A stretch of 64,000 nt of DNA from a virus (IMGVR_UViG_3300010163_000003:128001-192000), one strand, 5' to 3'; positions 24,808 through 35,593 are shown, counted from the stretch's first letter. The notes: generated by a model from the letters alone, not told the origin. Translations and numbers: made by a program.

Positions 24808-27567
24808 TTACGCCGCAGAACGAAGAGATACAACAGTTGTAATCTTCCTTAATTCCGTTGGGCATACCAGAGTAAGAGCAATTGTACATTCACCAATGAG
24901 AACTTGTTCAATGGTTGCATTAACTTCAAACTCGTAGTAATTGATTTCGCCTTGTTCCATTAAATGGCTAAGCCGCTTAGAAATTAAGGCAGACATTGCG
25001 TTACGCTGTTCAACAGTATTTGGTTCACCAATGAATGGATCACATACTTCACGCACTTGGTCAACAACGTCTGTAACAACCGCTACAGTAGTCATGCGAG
25101 CATAGTCACAATTTGGAGCACCACCAGTCATTGCATCTACGCAGTATGGCGTAGTAGAAGCAGAAGCAGTACCTTCGTTCTTTAAGCGGAAACATACCAT
25201 ACGCTGACCAATAAGCTCATCCATTTGCTTATTAGAGAACTTATATTTCATGCCACGAACAGCAGGAAGAGCCTTGTTCATTGGAGAAGACTGAGGCTTC
25301 AGAGAGGCACAGAGAGCAGCATACGCAAGAGCTGGGGAACCATAATAAGTACCTAAAACATCAGAACTCATTATTGGATCTGGACCAACTACAACAGAAG
25401 TATACCAGCCAATATCCATACTGTTGCCATCACTATCAGTAATTACATTACCTTCTTGATCGGTCATATAATTCAAGTTTGGCATGGATTTAAGATGGTC
25501 AACATACTTACTAATGCCCTCAAGAGTAGTATTACGATTTGGCTTAACATCGATAAACCCATGGGTCATCTTAGTGCGATATGTTAATACTGCACACAAG
25601 AGAGCAAGTTCGTGATGGAAATCACTATGATATTTCTGAGCCAAAGTACAAGTAGAATCTGCATAAATACCAGCAACATAGATATAATCTACATTATAGT
25701 TTTCGAGAATCTGGTATGCACCACGTTCTTCAAGAACTCCATCATCATTACGCTTGCCAGAAAGAGCCTGGTACATCAGGTTAAGGTTCGTAATGTTTAC
25801 GCCATCATCTCCGCCTTCATTAAGTACATACTCACCATTAGGAAGAGCATCAAGCATAATGTTTTCCTGAAGCTCATCAGCAAGTACAATCTCGAATACA
25901 TTGTTGAGTGTGTAATCGGCAAGAGCTTTCTGGAGATTACCTAATGTTGGACAATCTTTAGAAGTAAAGAAGAATGGTTTATCAGCATCTCCAACCTTCT
26001 TTGCTTCTGGCTTATGGAAAGTAACTACTTTGCATTCTTCGCCGCCGATAGTGGTGTCAGCAATAACAAATTTGCCAGTATTATATACAGAACCACCATT
26101 AATAGATTGAACTGTAAAAGTACTTTCACCAGAGATTGGAGCACCATTATAAGTATATTGAACGCTATACTTACAATTTGGACTAACTGTATTCTTAAAG
26201 ACAATAGCGCCAGTTACGATACCATCATGTTCCGTATATTGAATATCATATTCGCTTGGATCTACAGTAACAGGATCTGTTGGAGAAGTAGCTCCCTGTA
26301 TTCCCACATTCATAACGGTTACGCTAGTAACATCATCTTCAGATGGGCAAACAAGTTCAAAAGAAATTTGTTCTTTACTATCTACTGGATCAGTAGAAGA
26401 AATAACTTCTTCCATTTTCACTTCAACATATGGATAATATTCAACAATAACCCTTACGCCGGGAGTAGCGGTAACTTTAGTGCTAGTATCTTTAAACTTA
26501 ATAGTCATAGTGCTCTCGTCTAAATCATAATCGACACCTTTTTCAAGAAGCACATTGCACGAACCAGCCACTTCATTATAGCTATTATCGTAAGTCATCA
26601 TTGTTACTATAATATCTTGATCTTGCTTAGTTACAGGGAGAATGCCAGTCTCATCTAAGGCATTATTGCCTGTATCATAAGTAGTAGTATACAACCCAAC
26701 TTTTGCAGTTGAATCTGTAGTAGTAGGCATAACAAGATTAATGTCTACAAATCCAGCGGGGTCGGATACTTCTACACCAAGACAGTTATTAGCATCCTTA
26801 ACTTTAGTGTCTACTTCCGTACCATCTACTGTTACTTTTGTAACATAGTTTTGAATTGATGTAGCAGGATCGGACGCAGTATAACTAGACCCAGTGGACT
26901 TATTTACACGATCATAATACATTTGATCTTGAATAGGACTCTTCCATGCAGTATTATCTGTGAAATTATTGATTTCACCGTCTTTATCGTAAATCTTTTT
27001 ATAAGAATATACGATTTTAACGTCGGAATGCATAGGAATTTGGCCTTCATTAATCTTAATAGGACTGTTATATTCGCCAAAGAAAACATTGTTGATTATG
27101 TCCCCAGTATTTGCATTATAAAATTTTGGGTCACTAGCGAAGGGACGTCCTATTGGATAAATAGGAATAAGTGCATTGCCCTTAGTTACGCCAGATACTG
27201 GAGAGGACGTTAATTGCTCATATTCAACAGTTTCACCAGTTTGCATAGTAACAGTCGTATATGCACGAGAACCTGTAACACGCATGCAGCGAACATCTCT
27301 AAATCCATGTCTAAAGGCTTGTTTCGCAGCTTTAGTAATAGTACCAGCACTTGGATAACCATTGTCATCTACTTCGGAGCCAAAAATTTTGCTTACATTT
27401 TCTTCAGTGACATTGACAGGTTCTTTAACTGGACCATCAAATGCAGTGCCAAGGATCAATAAGCTTTTATTGTATCCAGCATCTGTATTAGCATCACTAT
27501 GCAGCCTGCCATCGCGAAATTCTACGAGATGTCCTGGCAGATTAGGATACATATTAGTAATAGCCAT
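24808..27567 (-). CDS. Contractile tail sheath protein (919 aa, with inserted beta-sandwich domains)
   Basis: MYPNLPG N-terminus; LLILGTAFDGPVKEPV; CMRVTG; C-terminal VREVCDPFIGEPN...LVCPTELRKITTVV typical of sheath proteins; AGGAGG RBS. Confidence 0.88.
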   Translation of the reverse strand: MAITNMYPNLPGHLVEFRDGRLHSDANTDAGYNKSLLILGTAFDGPVKEPVNVTEENVSKIFGSEVDDNGYPSAGTITKAAKQAFRHGFRDVRCMRVTGSRAYTTVTMQTGETVEYEQLTSSPVSGVTKGNALIPIYPIGRPFASDPKFYNANTGDIINNVFFGEYNSPIKINEGQIPMHSDVKIVYSYKKIYDKDGEINNFTDNTAWKSPIQDQMYYDRVNKSTGSSYTASDPATSIQNYVTKVTVDGTEVDTKVKDANNCLGVEVSDPAGFVDINLVMPTTTDSTAKVGLYTTTYDTGNNALDETGILPVTKQDQDIIVTMMTYDNSYNEVAGSCNVLLEKGVDYDLDESTMTIKFKDTSTKVTATPGVRVIVEYYPYVEVKMEEVISSTDPVDSKEQISFELVCPSEDDVTSVTVMNVGIQGATSPTDPVTVDPSEYDIQYTEHDGIVTGAIVFKNTVSPNCKYSVQYTYNGAPISGESTFTVQSINGGSVYNTGKFVIADTTIGGEECKVVTFHKPEAKKVGDADKPFFFTSKDCPTLGNLQKALADYTLNNVFEIVLADELQENIMLDALPNGEYVLNEGGDDGVNITNLNLMYQALSGKRNDDGVLEERGAYQILENYNVDYIYVAGIYADSTCTLAQKYHSDFHHELALLCAVLTYRTKMTHGFIDVKPNRNTTLEGISKYVDHLKSMPNLNYMTDQEGNVITDSDGNSMDIGWYTSVVVGPDPIMSSDVLGTYYGSPALAYAALCASLKPQSSPMNKALPAVRGMKYKFSNKQMDELIGQRMVCFRLKNEGTASASTTPYCVDAMTGGAPNCDYARMTTVAVVTDVVDQVREVCDPFIGEPNTVEQRNAMSALISKRLSHLMEQGEINYYEFEVNATIEQVLIGECTIALTLVCPTELRKITTVVSLRSAA

Positions 27568-27582
27568 TTGAATTTCCTCCTT

Positions 27583-28425
27583 TTAGCTTTTGTTAAAAGT
27601 TATACCATTATCTCCAGCAAAGAATTCTAAGTCTATTAACTCAGATCTGTTTTGCTCGATTAACGTTTTAACCTTTTGAGTATTGAGTTGATTTACGCCA
27701 ATCTCAGTATTAATCCTATTGATTACACTTTGTCGAATAGGCGTAATCGCTTCGAACCTTATATAATAATATATACAATGCATAAAAGCCGATTCGTCGT
27801 AATTTAAGGAACATTTTGGGTGAGTTTCTGACTCAAACCACAATTCACTAATTCCATGTTTCTTTAAATATCCAGTATATACAGTAAGTAAGTTTTCAAA
27901 ACGTTTCATTAAATCTCTAGACTCTTTTGAGTTTCTACCATATATATTAAATTCAACATTAGATGCAAACCATTGGCGATAAATCAAAAAAGCATCTCCA
28001 GTAGGATTTCCATTATCATCTAGTTCTTCAATAATATCAGTAAGCTTAGGCTTGTATCCACCAAGAGCCTCGTCTACTTCTCGAAGATTAGTTTCTATAG
28101 TAATTTGGGGAAGAATTACAACAGAACTATTTTCTCCTTTTTTAAGATCCATAGAAAATTCTCCCCAACCCTCTCCCCACGCTGCATTACATAATTTTTT
28201 AAGTATATCAGCTAATTGTTCAATGCTAGATATATTACCATCAGCCATTTGACGCAGTTTTGCTACATTATATTCTATACCAAGAGAAGATGATGTATCA
28301 TGAAAACGTTTATCTGTTACAGAGCTATATATTGCATGATTTAATTTAGATTTGTCAATAGTAACTTTTTCTTCTTTCTCTTCAGGTTTTATACCAAAAT
28401 ATGCATTGTATATTTCATCATTCAT
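27583..28425 (-). CDS. Tail completion/terminator-like protein
   Basis: Lies between neck and sheath genes; YRQWFASNVEFNIYGRNSKESRDLMKRFE. Start MNDEIY (28425) follows a GAAGGTG RBS (ORF track start 28458). Confidence 0.5.
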   Translation of the reverse strand: MNDEIYNAYFGIKPEEKEEKVTIDKSKLNHAIYSSVTDKRFHDTSSSLGIEYNVAKLRQMADGNISSIEQLADILKKLCNAAWGEGWGEFSMDLKKGENSSVVILPQITIETNLREVDEALGGYKPKLTDIIEELDDNGNPTGDAFLIYRQWFASNVEFNIYGRNSKESRDLMKRFENLLTVYTGYLKKHGISELWFESETHPKCSLNYDESAFMHCIYYYIRFEAITPIRQSVINRINTEIGVNQLNTQKVKTLIEQNRSELIDLEFFAGDNGITFNKS

Positions 28426-30010
28426 TATAGTCACCTTCAGTTCTTGTAACATCGACAACTGAACAAACAGTAACGGCTTTAACCATGTAGTTTGTCATTA
28501 AAGACAAATATACTGTTATATGTCCTTCTATATAATTGTGTTCCAATTTAATTTTATATGCAGTAATTATCTCTCGCGCACGTAAAACTTTAAGTAGATT
28601 ATCTAAATCTTTTTCAAGTATATTTTTGTTAATGATACGAATCATATCATGTCCGATATAATATTGGAATAATTGATTCATCATTGATATACAAATTTGA
28701 ATCATGCGCACATTACAGTATAATCTAAAATTTTCATTATTACATGGAGTAATTCCATCGTATACAACTGGAGTATTATATAACGGACTATGGCGGAATA
28801 CAACTATGCCTGAATCAGCCATATTACTTAAAATATCTTCTGAAAACTCATGATATATTGAAAGAGTTTTAGATATAGGAATATTTGTTGTGCCTTCAAG
28901 ATATAATGTATTTGCACATAATGCGGCATAAGCTAAATATCCATTATCTATTATAGTACCTTTATTATACATTAAGTCTCCGCCAACTACAGACACCATA
29001 AAAGAATAAGCAGCATTATTGCAAACAGATAAATTATACTTTATGCATGCTTGATACATTTTTGCTAAGTCATCAGCCTCTGATAAATGTCTACACCAGT
29101 ATTGATAATTAGAGTTAAATCCTAAAATTCCATTTGTAACCATGCCAAAGTTTAATTGTATAATACAAAAATCAATTAGCTGATTCATGAAGGAACGTTT
29201 ACGTCCAAAATTATCTTCTGTAAGATAATCTCTATCATGATGATAATATGTTTTATTATATTGGAAACTGTCTTCTCCCATATCTGGGTACATGTCGTCT
29301 AAAAATGCATCAACAGGAACTATAATATCTATAGAATGAGATTCTAGTATATTATAAGCAGAAGATAAGCATGAATATAATTCATTCTTACTATAATTAA
29401 GACCGCTATTTCCTCCTTCTAAATATACCATAGAAGGGTTAACGCCATAAAAAGCATATTGGGTTGGTGTTTCAGAAGCAACATTGTGATATGCATATAT
29501 AAAACTTTTACGATTTTTTGTATCTTTATTTATAGCTTCTACTAATAAATCCATGTATGGATAATCAGCATATTTGTATATAATATCATTGATATTTAAA
29601 TCTTCAGGGAATCTAAACATTAAGCTATCTTCATTGACAACTATTTTAATATCATTAAATATTTCATTTGCTTGAGATGATGTAAGGACTAATCCATCAA
29701 AAGTAACTTCTCCAAATAAATTATTTACACTTAGGGTGCATTTAGCATGTTCTCCAGTTACCTTTACAACATATACCTGATTAGCTTTACTGGTATATTT
29801 AATAGCATGAAAAGCACTAACAAGAGTTCCTTTCGTACCAAATTTACTATGAAAACCAACAGTAGACTTTATAAGTATTGGTTCATTTACAGGGCCATAC
29901 TCAGCAGAACCAAGCAAATAAATACGCTTGCCATGAGTATTGTCAGAAACAACAGTTTTTAACCACTGTTCTCTTTCTTTTATCATCTTGTCAATAACTG
30001 TGCTGGCCAT
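28418..30010 (-). CDS. Second, shorter tail sheath-like protein
   Basis: IYLLGSAEYGPVNEPI...VVKVTG and AYNILESHSIDII parallel the main sheath (LLILGTAFDGPVKEPV...CMRVTG; AYQILENYNVDYI); sheath-like C-terminal domain. Confidence 0.7.
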   Translation of the reverse strand: MASTVIDKMIKEREQWLKTVVSDNTHGKRIYLLGSAEYGPVNEPILIKSTVGFHSKFGTKGTLVSAFHAIKYTSKANQVYVVKVTGEHAKCTLSVNNLFGEVTFDGLVLTSSQANEIFNDIKIVVNEDSLMFRFPEDLNINDIIYKYADYPYMDLLVEAINKDTKNRKSFIYAYHNVASETPTQYAFYGVNPSMVYLEGGNSGLNYSKNELYSCLSSAYNILESHSIDIIVPVDAFLDDMYPDMGEDSFQYNKTYYHHDRDYLTEDNFGRKRSFMNQLIDFCIIQLNFGMVTNGILGFNSNYQYWCRHLSEADDLAKMYQACIKYNLSVCNNAAYSFMVSVVGGDLMYNKGTIIDNGYLAYAALCANTLYLEGTTNIPISKTLSIYHEFSEDILSNMADSGIVVFRHSPLYNTPVVYDGITPCNNENFRLYCNVRMIQICISMMNQLFQYYIGHDMIRIINKNILEKDLDNLLKVLRAREIITAYKIKLEHNYIEGHITVYLSLMTNYMVKAVTVCSVVDVTRTEGDYNE

Positions 30011-30579
30011 ATATATTTGCCACCTTTCAGTAACTCATTCAAGCCCTTATTGTTTAAATTCTTCAAAGCTTGTGAGTAAGATGCCATTAAGTCTGTCTTA
30101 TCGTTTATTACACATCCATTTAATTCATTGCGTCCATTATCTCCACGCATTTCCCATACATTGATTATTTCTAATACTTTTAATACGTCAACAGGATTGC
30201 CTTTTTTATCCCATGTTACTTTAAGAATTATATCTCGTTCCTTGGGATTATATTGTTGACGTATGTAATATATTTCATTTTTCTGATCTGTTGCACCTAA
30301 AGCTGTTTGTATTATGGAGCTTGTATCTGAATATGCACTGTTAGAGCTTTCTATCGCTTTTATTTTTTGAATGCTAGCAAAATAGCCAGTACCATGACAA
30401 ATAGGACAATTGGGGTCGCCCGTTTTATGTAAATCATTGAAGCAACGACATCTCACAAATTTGCAGTTATGGATAAACAATATATCTATTCCAAATTCAT
30501 TTGTAAGCAATTCAGATTGAAATCGCATATCAATGTCTACATTGCGCAATTCAGCGGATTGATTCGTGAATTTGTACAT
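29983..30579 (-). CDS. Neck/head-closure protein with Zn-finger-like insert
   Basis: CRC...CPICHGTGY cysteine cluster; lies after the adaptor and before the tail genes. Confidence 0.5.
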   Translation of the reverse strand: MYKFTNQSAELRNVDIDMRFQSELLTNEFGIDILFIHNCKFVRCRCFNDLHKTGDPNCPICHGTGYFASIQKIKAIESSNSAYSDTSSIIQTALGATDQKNEIYYIRQQYNPKERDIILKVTWDKKGNPVDVLKVLEIINVWEMRGDNGRNELNGCVINDKTDLMASYSQALKNLNNKGLNELLKGGKYIWPAQLLTR

Positions 30580-31454
30580 TAGAAGTTCGTGGTTCTAGCC
30601 CAATCATCATATTTGTAATTATCAATAGCTTTGACCCCATAAGCTACGATATTTACGCCACGAATTTTATCATCGGCTTCTTTCCATTTATCTTTCAAGT
30701 CATCAAGAAGATTATCAAGATATGGGAGCTTTACATCTTTTTTAATACGAATATCGCCTATTTCTTTTTCTTGAGAACCATAACGAAGAGATATGCCATA
30801 GTAACGATTCATTATCAAATTAATCTCTGTTTGATATCGAACCCAGTCTCTTGCAGCGTTGCTTGAGAAAGTATAGTTGCCATCTTGATCTATTTCATAA
30901 GTAACGTTTTCTACAGGGTCTTCTTGATTGGCTAATTCATCTATTAATTCTATCACACCCATACTGTTTCTGTATAGCATAGAATTAATATATTCATCTG
31001 TAAATCCCTCAATAAATTCGCCAATATCCTCCCATACTTTTTTAGCGCTAGATAGGAGAGGATTTAATTGACTTACAAATGTCCACTTAAATAACTCTTT
31101 TCCGATGCATATACATGCTTCATACTTATTGTTTGGCTTTAACCTTTTAACAGTACCATATTTTTTATATAGGGCGTTCGGTTTATCCGCACGCCCTGTA
31201 GATAACACTTCTAAATTAAGCCTTTTAGAAGCAACATTAGATACTATAGAAACTATATCTCCAGCCAATAATGGTGAATTAAATGCTATACGTCCTGTAT
31301 CACGAGAAGTAATATAGTCTTTATCTTCACCAAATGTTTGGAGTTTCCCATTTAAAAAAACAGAGATAGATTCATTAATAAAAGGTTTTTCAACAGAAAA
31401 TATCTGTTGACCATGAGAAGCAGTATATGTTTCATTAATCATATATTTTCTCAT
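30579..31454 (-). CDS. Head-tail adaptor/neck protein with N-terminal beta-sandwich
   Basis: ISVFLNGKLQ...DY...GRIAFNSPLLAGDIVSI small beta domain; C-terminal helical adaptor-like region with KEIGDIRIK; synteny. Confidence 0.5.
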   Translation of the reverse strand: MRKYMINETYTASHGQQIFSVEKPFINESISVFLNGKLQTFGEDKDYITSRDTGRIAFNSPLLAGDIVSIVSNVASKRLNLEVLSTGRADKPNALYKKYGTVKRLKPNNKYEACICIGKELFKWTFVSQLNPLLSSAKKVWEDIGEFIEGFTDEYINSMLYRNSMGVIELIDELANQEDPVENVTYEIDQDGNYTFSSNAARDWVRYQTEINLIMNRYYGISLRYGSQEKEIGDIRIKKDVKLPYLDNLLDDLKDKWKEADDKIRGVNIVAYGVKAIDNYKYDDWARTTNF

Positions 31455-31467
31455 GTATTATATCCTC

Positions 31468-32634
31468 TTAATCTATAGTTTTGGTATACTCAAGAATAAC
31501 TACTGTTGGCGCATTAACAAAATCAGAGAAAAAGTATATAGAATGAGAATGCATGTTTACATAAGAAGCAACGTATACTAAATTATTATTAATATCATCA
31601 GTTGATGTTGAGTTTATAGGAAGATACATGTTAATGTTAGCTGCATCATCTTTTACATTAACAAACCCATAAAGATTTATGACGTTTTTGATATTCAAAC
31701 TGGATATATCAATAAATGGCGACAATCCATTTGGCGTAACCGCTGGAGTGGTAGTTTCAAAGACTTTTCTATAGATTGGTTTCCCATCTATCCAAGTACC
31801 AATTTTAATCTCTTCTGTAGAATATGTTTCTCCATTAGAACTTATGTCAGAATTACCACCAGACTCTTCAGAACCAGCACTACCTGTGCCATCATCTACT
31901 TCAGAAGTAACGACATCTTTTAAAGCTTTAGTTATAGCAGTGTCTACAGCAGGAAGGACGCTGTTTTGCACATAAGATATCATTTTATTTTCTGTAATTA
32001 TTTTGTCAGTAGGAGTATCTTCATTGATAGTATCTACTTTATTAAGATGTAAACCAGTTGCATCAACAATAAGTCCATCTTCTCCATCTGCTATTTTAAG
32101 ATTTGCAGTTACATTATTGTTTGCGTCTGTAGTAAATGTGATTGAATTTGTATTACCAAACGTATGTACAGTAGAAAGATAATTTTTAAGAGATACAAAA
32201 TAATATTGTTCATTCCCATCGGCATTATCATTATCTGCTGTAAACAATAGACCAACGTCGCCAGTTTGTGTACCATCAGGAACACTAATTGCTGTATTAG
32301 TTAAATCGGCATCGGTAATAGTATGAGATTTAACAGCCCTAAAGAATTTGTCAGTAAGTACGCCAGAAGCACTAATTTTAGCCGTAACGTAATCAACAAG
32401 AGCTTTTGTACTAGGAGCTTCTGTAGTAGTTCCTGTCGCATTAGAAGCAATAGACTCAACTAAAGTAATGTTAGAGCCTGAATCAGTAGCATCAAAGAGT
32501 TTAGTTTCACCAAGATGTCCTTTGCCATTATTGAGAAGATAAAATGTTAATGCATCTTTAGTTGTTACAGCAGCATATTGCGCATCAGGATCAGGACTAG
32601 TAAAAAGCTTGAACTTAAATCTTTGATTTGCCAT
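31468..32634 (-). CDS. Fibre/spike protein with C-terminal YSTEE-IGTWIDGKPIYRK domain
   Basis: C-terminal ETYSTEEIKIGTWIDGKPIYRKVF...ILEYTK module common at the tips of Firmicutes phage fibres; Thr/Asp-rich shaft. Likely start MANQRF. Confidence 0.6.
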   Translation of the reverse strand: MANQRFKFKLFTSPDPDAQYAAVTTKDALTFYLLNNGKGHLGETKLFDATDSGSNITLVESIASNATGTTTEAPSTKALVDYVTAKISASGVLTDKFFRAVKSHTITDADLTNTAISVPDGTQTGDVGLLFTADNDNADGNEQYYFVSLKNYLSTVHTFGNTNSITFTTDANNNVTANLKIADGEDGLIVDATGLHLNKVDTINEDTPTDKIITENKMISYVQNSVLPAVDTAITKALKDVVTSEVDDGTGSAGSEESGGNSDISSNGETYSTEEIKIGTWIDGKPIYRKVFETTTPAVTPNGLSPFIDISSLNIKNVINLYGFVNVKDDAANINMYLPINSTSTDDINNNLVYVASYVNMHSHSIYFFSDFVNAPTVVILEYTKTID

Positions 32635-32652
32635 TATTACCACTTCCATATT

Positions 32653-34092
32653 TTAATTTATTGCATCAGCGCCCCACGGACTTCCAGTTGCAGAGCCATT
32701 GTAATAAATATGTTTTACATGACTAAATGCAGATTGTTCTATTGTTGAAACAGTATTTGGAATTGTTATACTTGTAAATCCTGTGCAATGATAAAATGCG
32801 CCATATGTTGCGTTATGACCTCCGCCAATACTTGTAATGTTGTCAGGTATTATTAAATCGCCTGTAAGACCACTACATTCGCCAAATGTCCCTTTCTGTA
32901 TACATGACATGTTTTTTGATATTTTTAAACTACCATTAAATCCAGTGCATCCATCAAATGCATATTCTCCTACTGATGTCACGGTGTCTGGAATAGTTAA
33001 ATCAGCAATCAAACTAGTACAATTTCTAAATGCCTCATTGTCAATAACAGTAATATGATTAGGAATTGTTAAGAATGGTCCTAATTTTGAACATCCATTA
33101 AATGTAGAATTAGGAATAGTTGTTATTGATTTAGGGATATTTGGCATTGATTCTAGTCTAGTACAACCTAAGAATACACCGATCCCCATATGTGTAACAC
33201 TGTCAGGTATAACAATATCTTTAATGCCAGTTTTTCTAAAAGCAAAATCTTCTATACTAGTTATTTTATCATGTAATATTATCTTTGTAATGCCAGAACA
33301 ATACATAAAAGCTGAATCTGTTATAGTAGTTATGCTTTCTGGGATAGTTAATGTGCCAGTAAAGCTACCATTAGAAAAGGATTGTTTACCTATATAAGTT
33401 ACTTTGTCTGGTATAATTAAAGGACCAGTAAGGTTAAGACCATCAAGAGCCTTATCCCCAATATATGTTACACCTTTAGGGATATGTAATTCGCCACTAA
33501 AGGAACGACAATTAGCAAATACATTATTATTTAACCTAGTTATGTTCTCTGGAATTGTTAAAGAACCTGTAAATCCAGTGCATAATCCAAATGCATTTTC
33601 GCCTATTTCTGTAACGCTATTCGGTATAATTAAATTACCCGTAAAGCCACTACAAAAATAAAATGCATTGCTTCCGATACTCGTTACGCTATCTGGAATA
33701 ACCAAATCTCCGGTGAGAGTTCTACATTTATAAAATGCATAATCTCCAATATGAGTAATAGTATTCGGGAATGTTACACCAGTAATATCTGTGCAACCAT
33801 AAAAAGCACCAGTACATGATGTCATTTTGGTAGAAGAATTAGGGTCTTCGTATTTAGCTATACCATCTGCTATTGCAAATACTTTATAGCGTTCTCCGTC
33901 AGAACCAGTGAAATAATCTGGAATATTTAAGACTCCATTTTCATCTTTAAATCTTAATATTTCGTCTCTATTTTCTTGTGTAATAATAAAATCGTTAGAT
34001 GGTAATTCAGGTTCTTCTTCGGCTTCAACAACGGAAGGCCATGACGAATTGTTAATGATTCTATTATAAATAACATCAGAAAAATTGGACAT
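32653..34092 (-). CDS. BspA-type leucine-rich repeat (LRR_5) surface/adhesin protein
   Basis: More than ten tandem IPDSVTSIGxxAFxxCxxxTG repeats. Confidence 0.88.
   Translation of the reverse strand: MSNFSDVIYNRIINNSSWPSVVEAEEEPELPSNDFIITQENRDEILRFKDENGVLNIPDYFTGSDGERYKVFAIADGIAKYEDPNSSTKMTSCTGAFYGCTDITGVTFPNTITHIGDYAFYKCRTLTGDLVIPDSVTSIGSNAFYFCSGFTGNLIIPNSVTEIGENAFGLCTGFTGSLTIPENITRLNNNVFANCRSFSGELHIPKGVTYIGDKALDGLNLTGPLIIPDKVTYIGKQSFSNGSFTGTLTIPESITTITDSAFMYCSGITKIILHDKITSIEDFAFRKTGIKDIVIPDSVTHMGIGVFLGCTRLESMPNIPKSITTIPNSTFNGCSKLGPFLTIPNHITVIDNEAFRNCTSLIADLTIPDTVTSVGEYAFDGCTGFNGSLKISKNMSCIQKGTFGECSGLTGDLIIPDNITSIGGGHNATYGAFYHCTGFTSITIPNTVSTIEQSAFSHVKHIYYNGSATGSPWGADAIN
33920..33991. repeat. 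72-bp direct repeat, copy 1 (LRR N-cap, FIITxxNRDEILRFKDENGxLNIP)
   Basis: 67/72 identical to 35265-35336 by manual alignment. Confidence 0.85.
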
Positions 34093-34132
34093 TTATACCC
34101 CTTCTTTATATGTCAATATATATTGAATGTCA

Positions 34133-34525
34133 TTATTGATGGTATTTCTCAATTTTATCTAAATTACTTTTAATATCTTCTTCATGCTCTGTAATTTTAT
34201 CTTCAACACGAAGAAGTCTTTTTTCTTGATCTTGAGTAGCTGCTTCAAGTTTGCTAAGCATGTTATCATGTTGTTCAAGCAATGTTTTAGCTTTTATCAT
34301 ACGCTCTTCATGATCTCCAATACGATCTTTTGCTGCATTAACATCTTTCCAAATACGATCATGAGAGCTTTTATTGTCTTCTCTATCTTTATTAATATTA
34401 TCGTATAAGTTAGAAACAGTATCGTTAAGTTTTATGATACTGGAATTAAGCTTAAGTATTGGTGTACCTACAGTAATAAAAAATCCAACAAGAGCAATAA
34501 TGCCTACTACAATTTCCCACGTCAT
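34133..34525 (-). CDS. Small membrane-anchored coiled-coil protein (holin/XhlA-like)
   Basis: One N-terminal TM (IVVGIIALVGFFITVGTPIL) followed by a heptad-rich charged region; AAGGAG RBS. Confidence 0.5.
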   Translation of the reverse strand: MTWEIVVGIIALVGFFITVGTPILKLNSSIIKLNDTVSNLYDNINKDREDNKSSHDRIWKDVNAAKDRIGDHEERMIKAKTLLEQHDNMLSKLEAATQDQEKRLLRVEDKITEHEEDIKSNLDKIEKYHQ

Positions 34526-34612
34526 AATTAAAACTCCTTTGCAACTGACGTATAATATATAATATACTTTGTAAAAGAGTGTTTATGTTATAAAATCAAA
34601 ATGTCAGATTAG

Positions 34613-35593
34613 TTAATTTATTGATAATGCTCCCCAGTTATTGTCACTTGTAGCTGAACCATGATAAACTATATGAGAAACATTTTTAAATGCATCTTTT
34701 CCTATCTCTATTACACTATCTGGTATAATTAAATCCGTAAGAGATGTACAATCACCGAAAGCATAGGGATATATTTTAGTGCAGCTATTAGGAATTGTAA
34801 TCTTCGTAAGAGAACCACAGCGACGAAATGCATTAGGACCTATATAAACTACATTTTTAGGAATATTAATGCTGGCCAAAGATGTACAACCGCTAAACGT
34901 TTCCTTTCCTATTATAGTAACATTGTCAGGGATAGTTACATTGGTAAGAGATGAACATGAGCAAAATGTACCAATACCAGTATTTGTTATATTTTGTGGC
35001 AATGTTACGCTTAAAAGATTGCTACAGCCCATAAATATATATGGAGATAAATTTAATATATTGTTAGGTAGAGTTACATTTATAAGATTCTTAGAAAATG
35101 AAAATGCATAAGCAGCAATAAATGAAATAATATTTGGCAATATTATTTCATTTATATTATTTAAATCGTTTATTAACGATATCATATTACCATTTATATC
35201 TTCATAGCCATATTCTATTCCTACTATTTTATATTTAACCCCATTCGTTCCAGTAAAAGTAGCAGGAATATTTAAGATTCCATTTTCATCTTTAAATCTT
35301 AATATTTCATCTCTATTGTCTCTTGTAATAATAAAAGGAGTGCCAGTTACAATATCTAAATCCTCACCATTAAGTTCTGCAATAACTTGGTCTACCATTT
35401 GTTGAATTTGCTCGTCAGTTAATATATCTTGTTCATTAATAATATTACCATTAAACGTTAAATCTCCTGTATCATTTACGGAAAGACCATTAAGTGTAGG
35501 AAGATTATCATGAGAATGCAAGAATTGTTTTAAATATTGAACCAACTTTTTATCGTTCAATATTAAAGCATATTTAAGATTATTTAAAGTCAC
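34613..35593 (-). CDS. BspA-type LRR protein with N-terminal virion-anchoring module
   Basis: LRR_5 repeats (LTNVTIPDNVTIIGKETFSGCTSL); N-terminal about 75 aa paralogous to the 492-aa gene. Confidence 0.85.
   Translation of the reverse strand: MTLNNLKYALILNDKKLVQYLKQFLHSHDNLPTLNGLSVNDTGDLTFNGNIINEQDILTDEQIQQMVDQVIAELNGEDLDIVTGTPFIITRDNRDEILRFKDENGILNIPATFTGTNGVKYKIVGIEYGYEDINGNMISLINDLNNINEIILPNIISFIAAYAFSFSKNLINVTLPNNILNLSPYIFMGCSNLLSVTLPQNITNTGIGTFCSCSSLTNVTIPDNVTIIGKETFSGCTSLASINIPKNVVYIGPNAFRRCGSLTKITIPNSCTKIYPYAFGDCTSLTDLIIPDSVIEIGKDAFKNVSHIVYHGSATSDNNWGALSIN
35265..35336. repeat. 72-bp direct repeat, copy 2
   Basis: 67/72 identical to 33920-33991. Confidence 0.85.

Noticed and set aside
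34526-34612. Promoter in the AT-rich gap upstream of the 130-aa membrane protein gene
   Set aside because: TATA-like words are present, but no -35/-10 pair with acceptable spacing was found on the coding strand.
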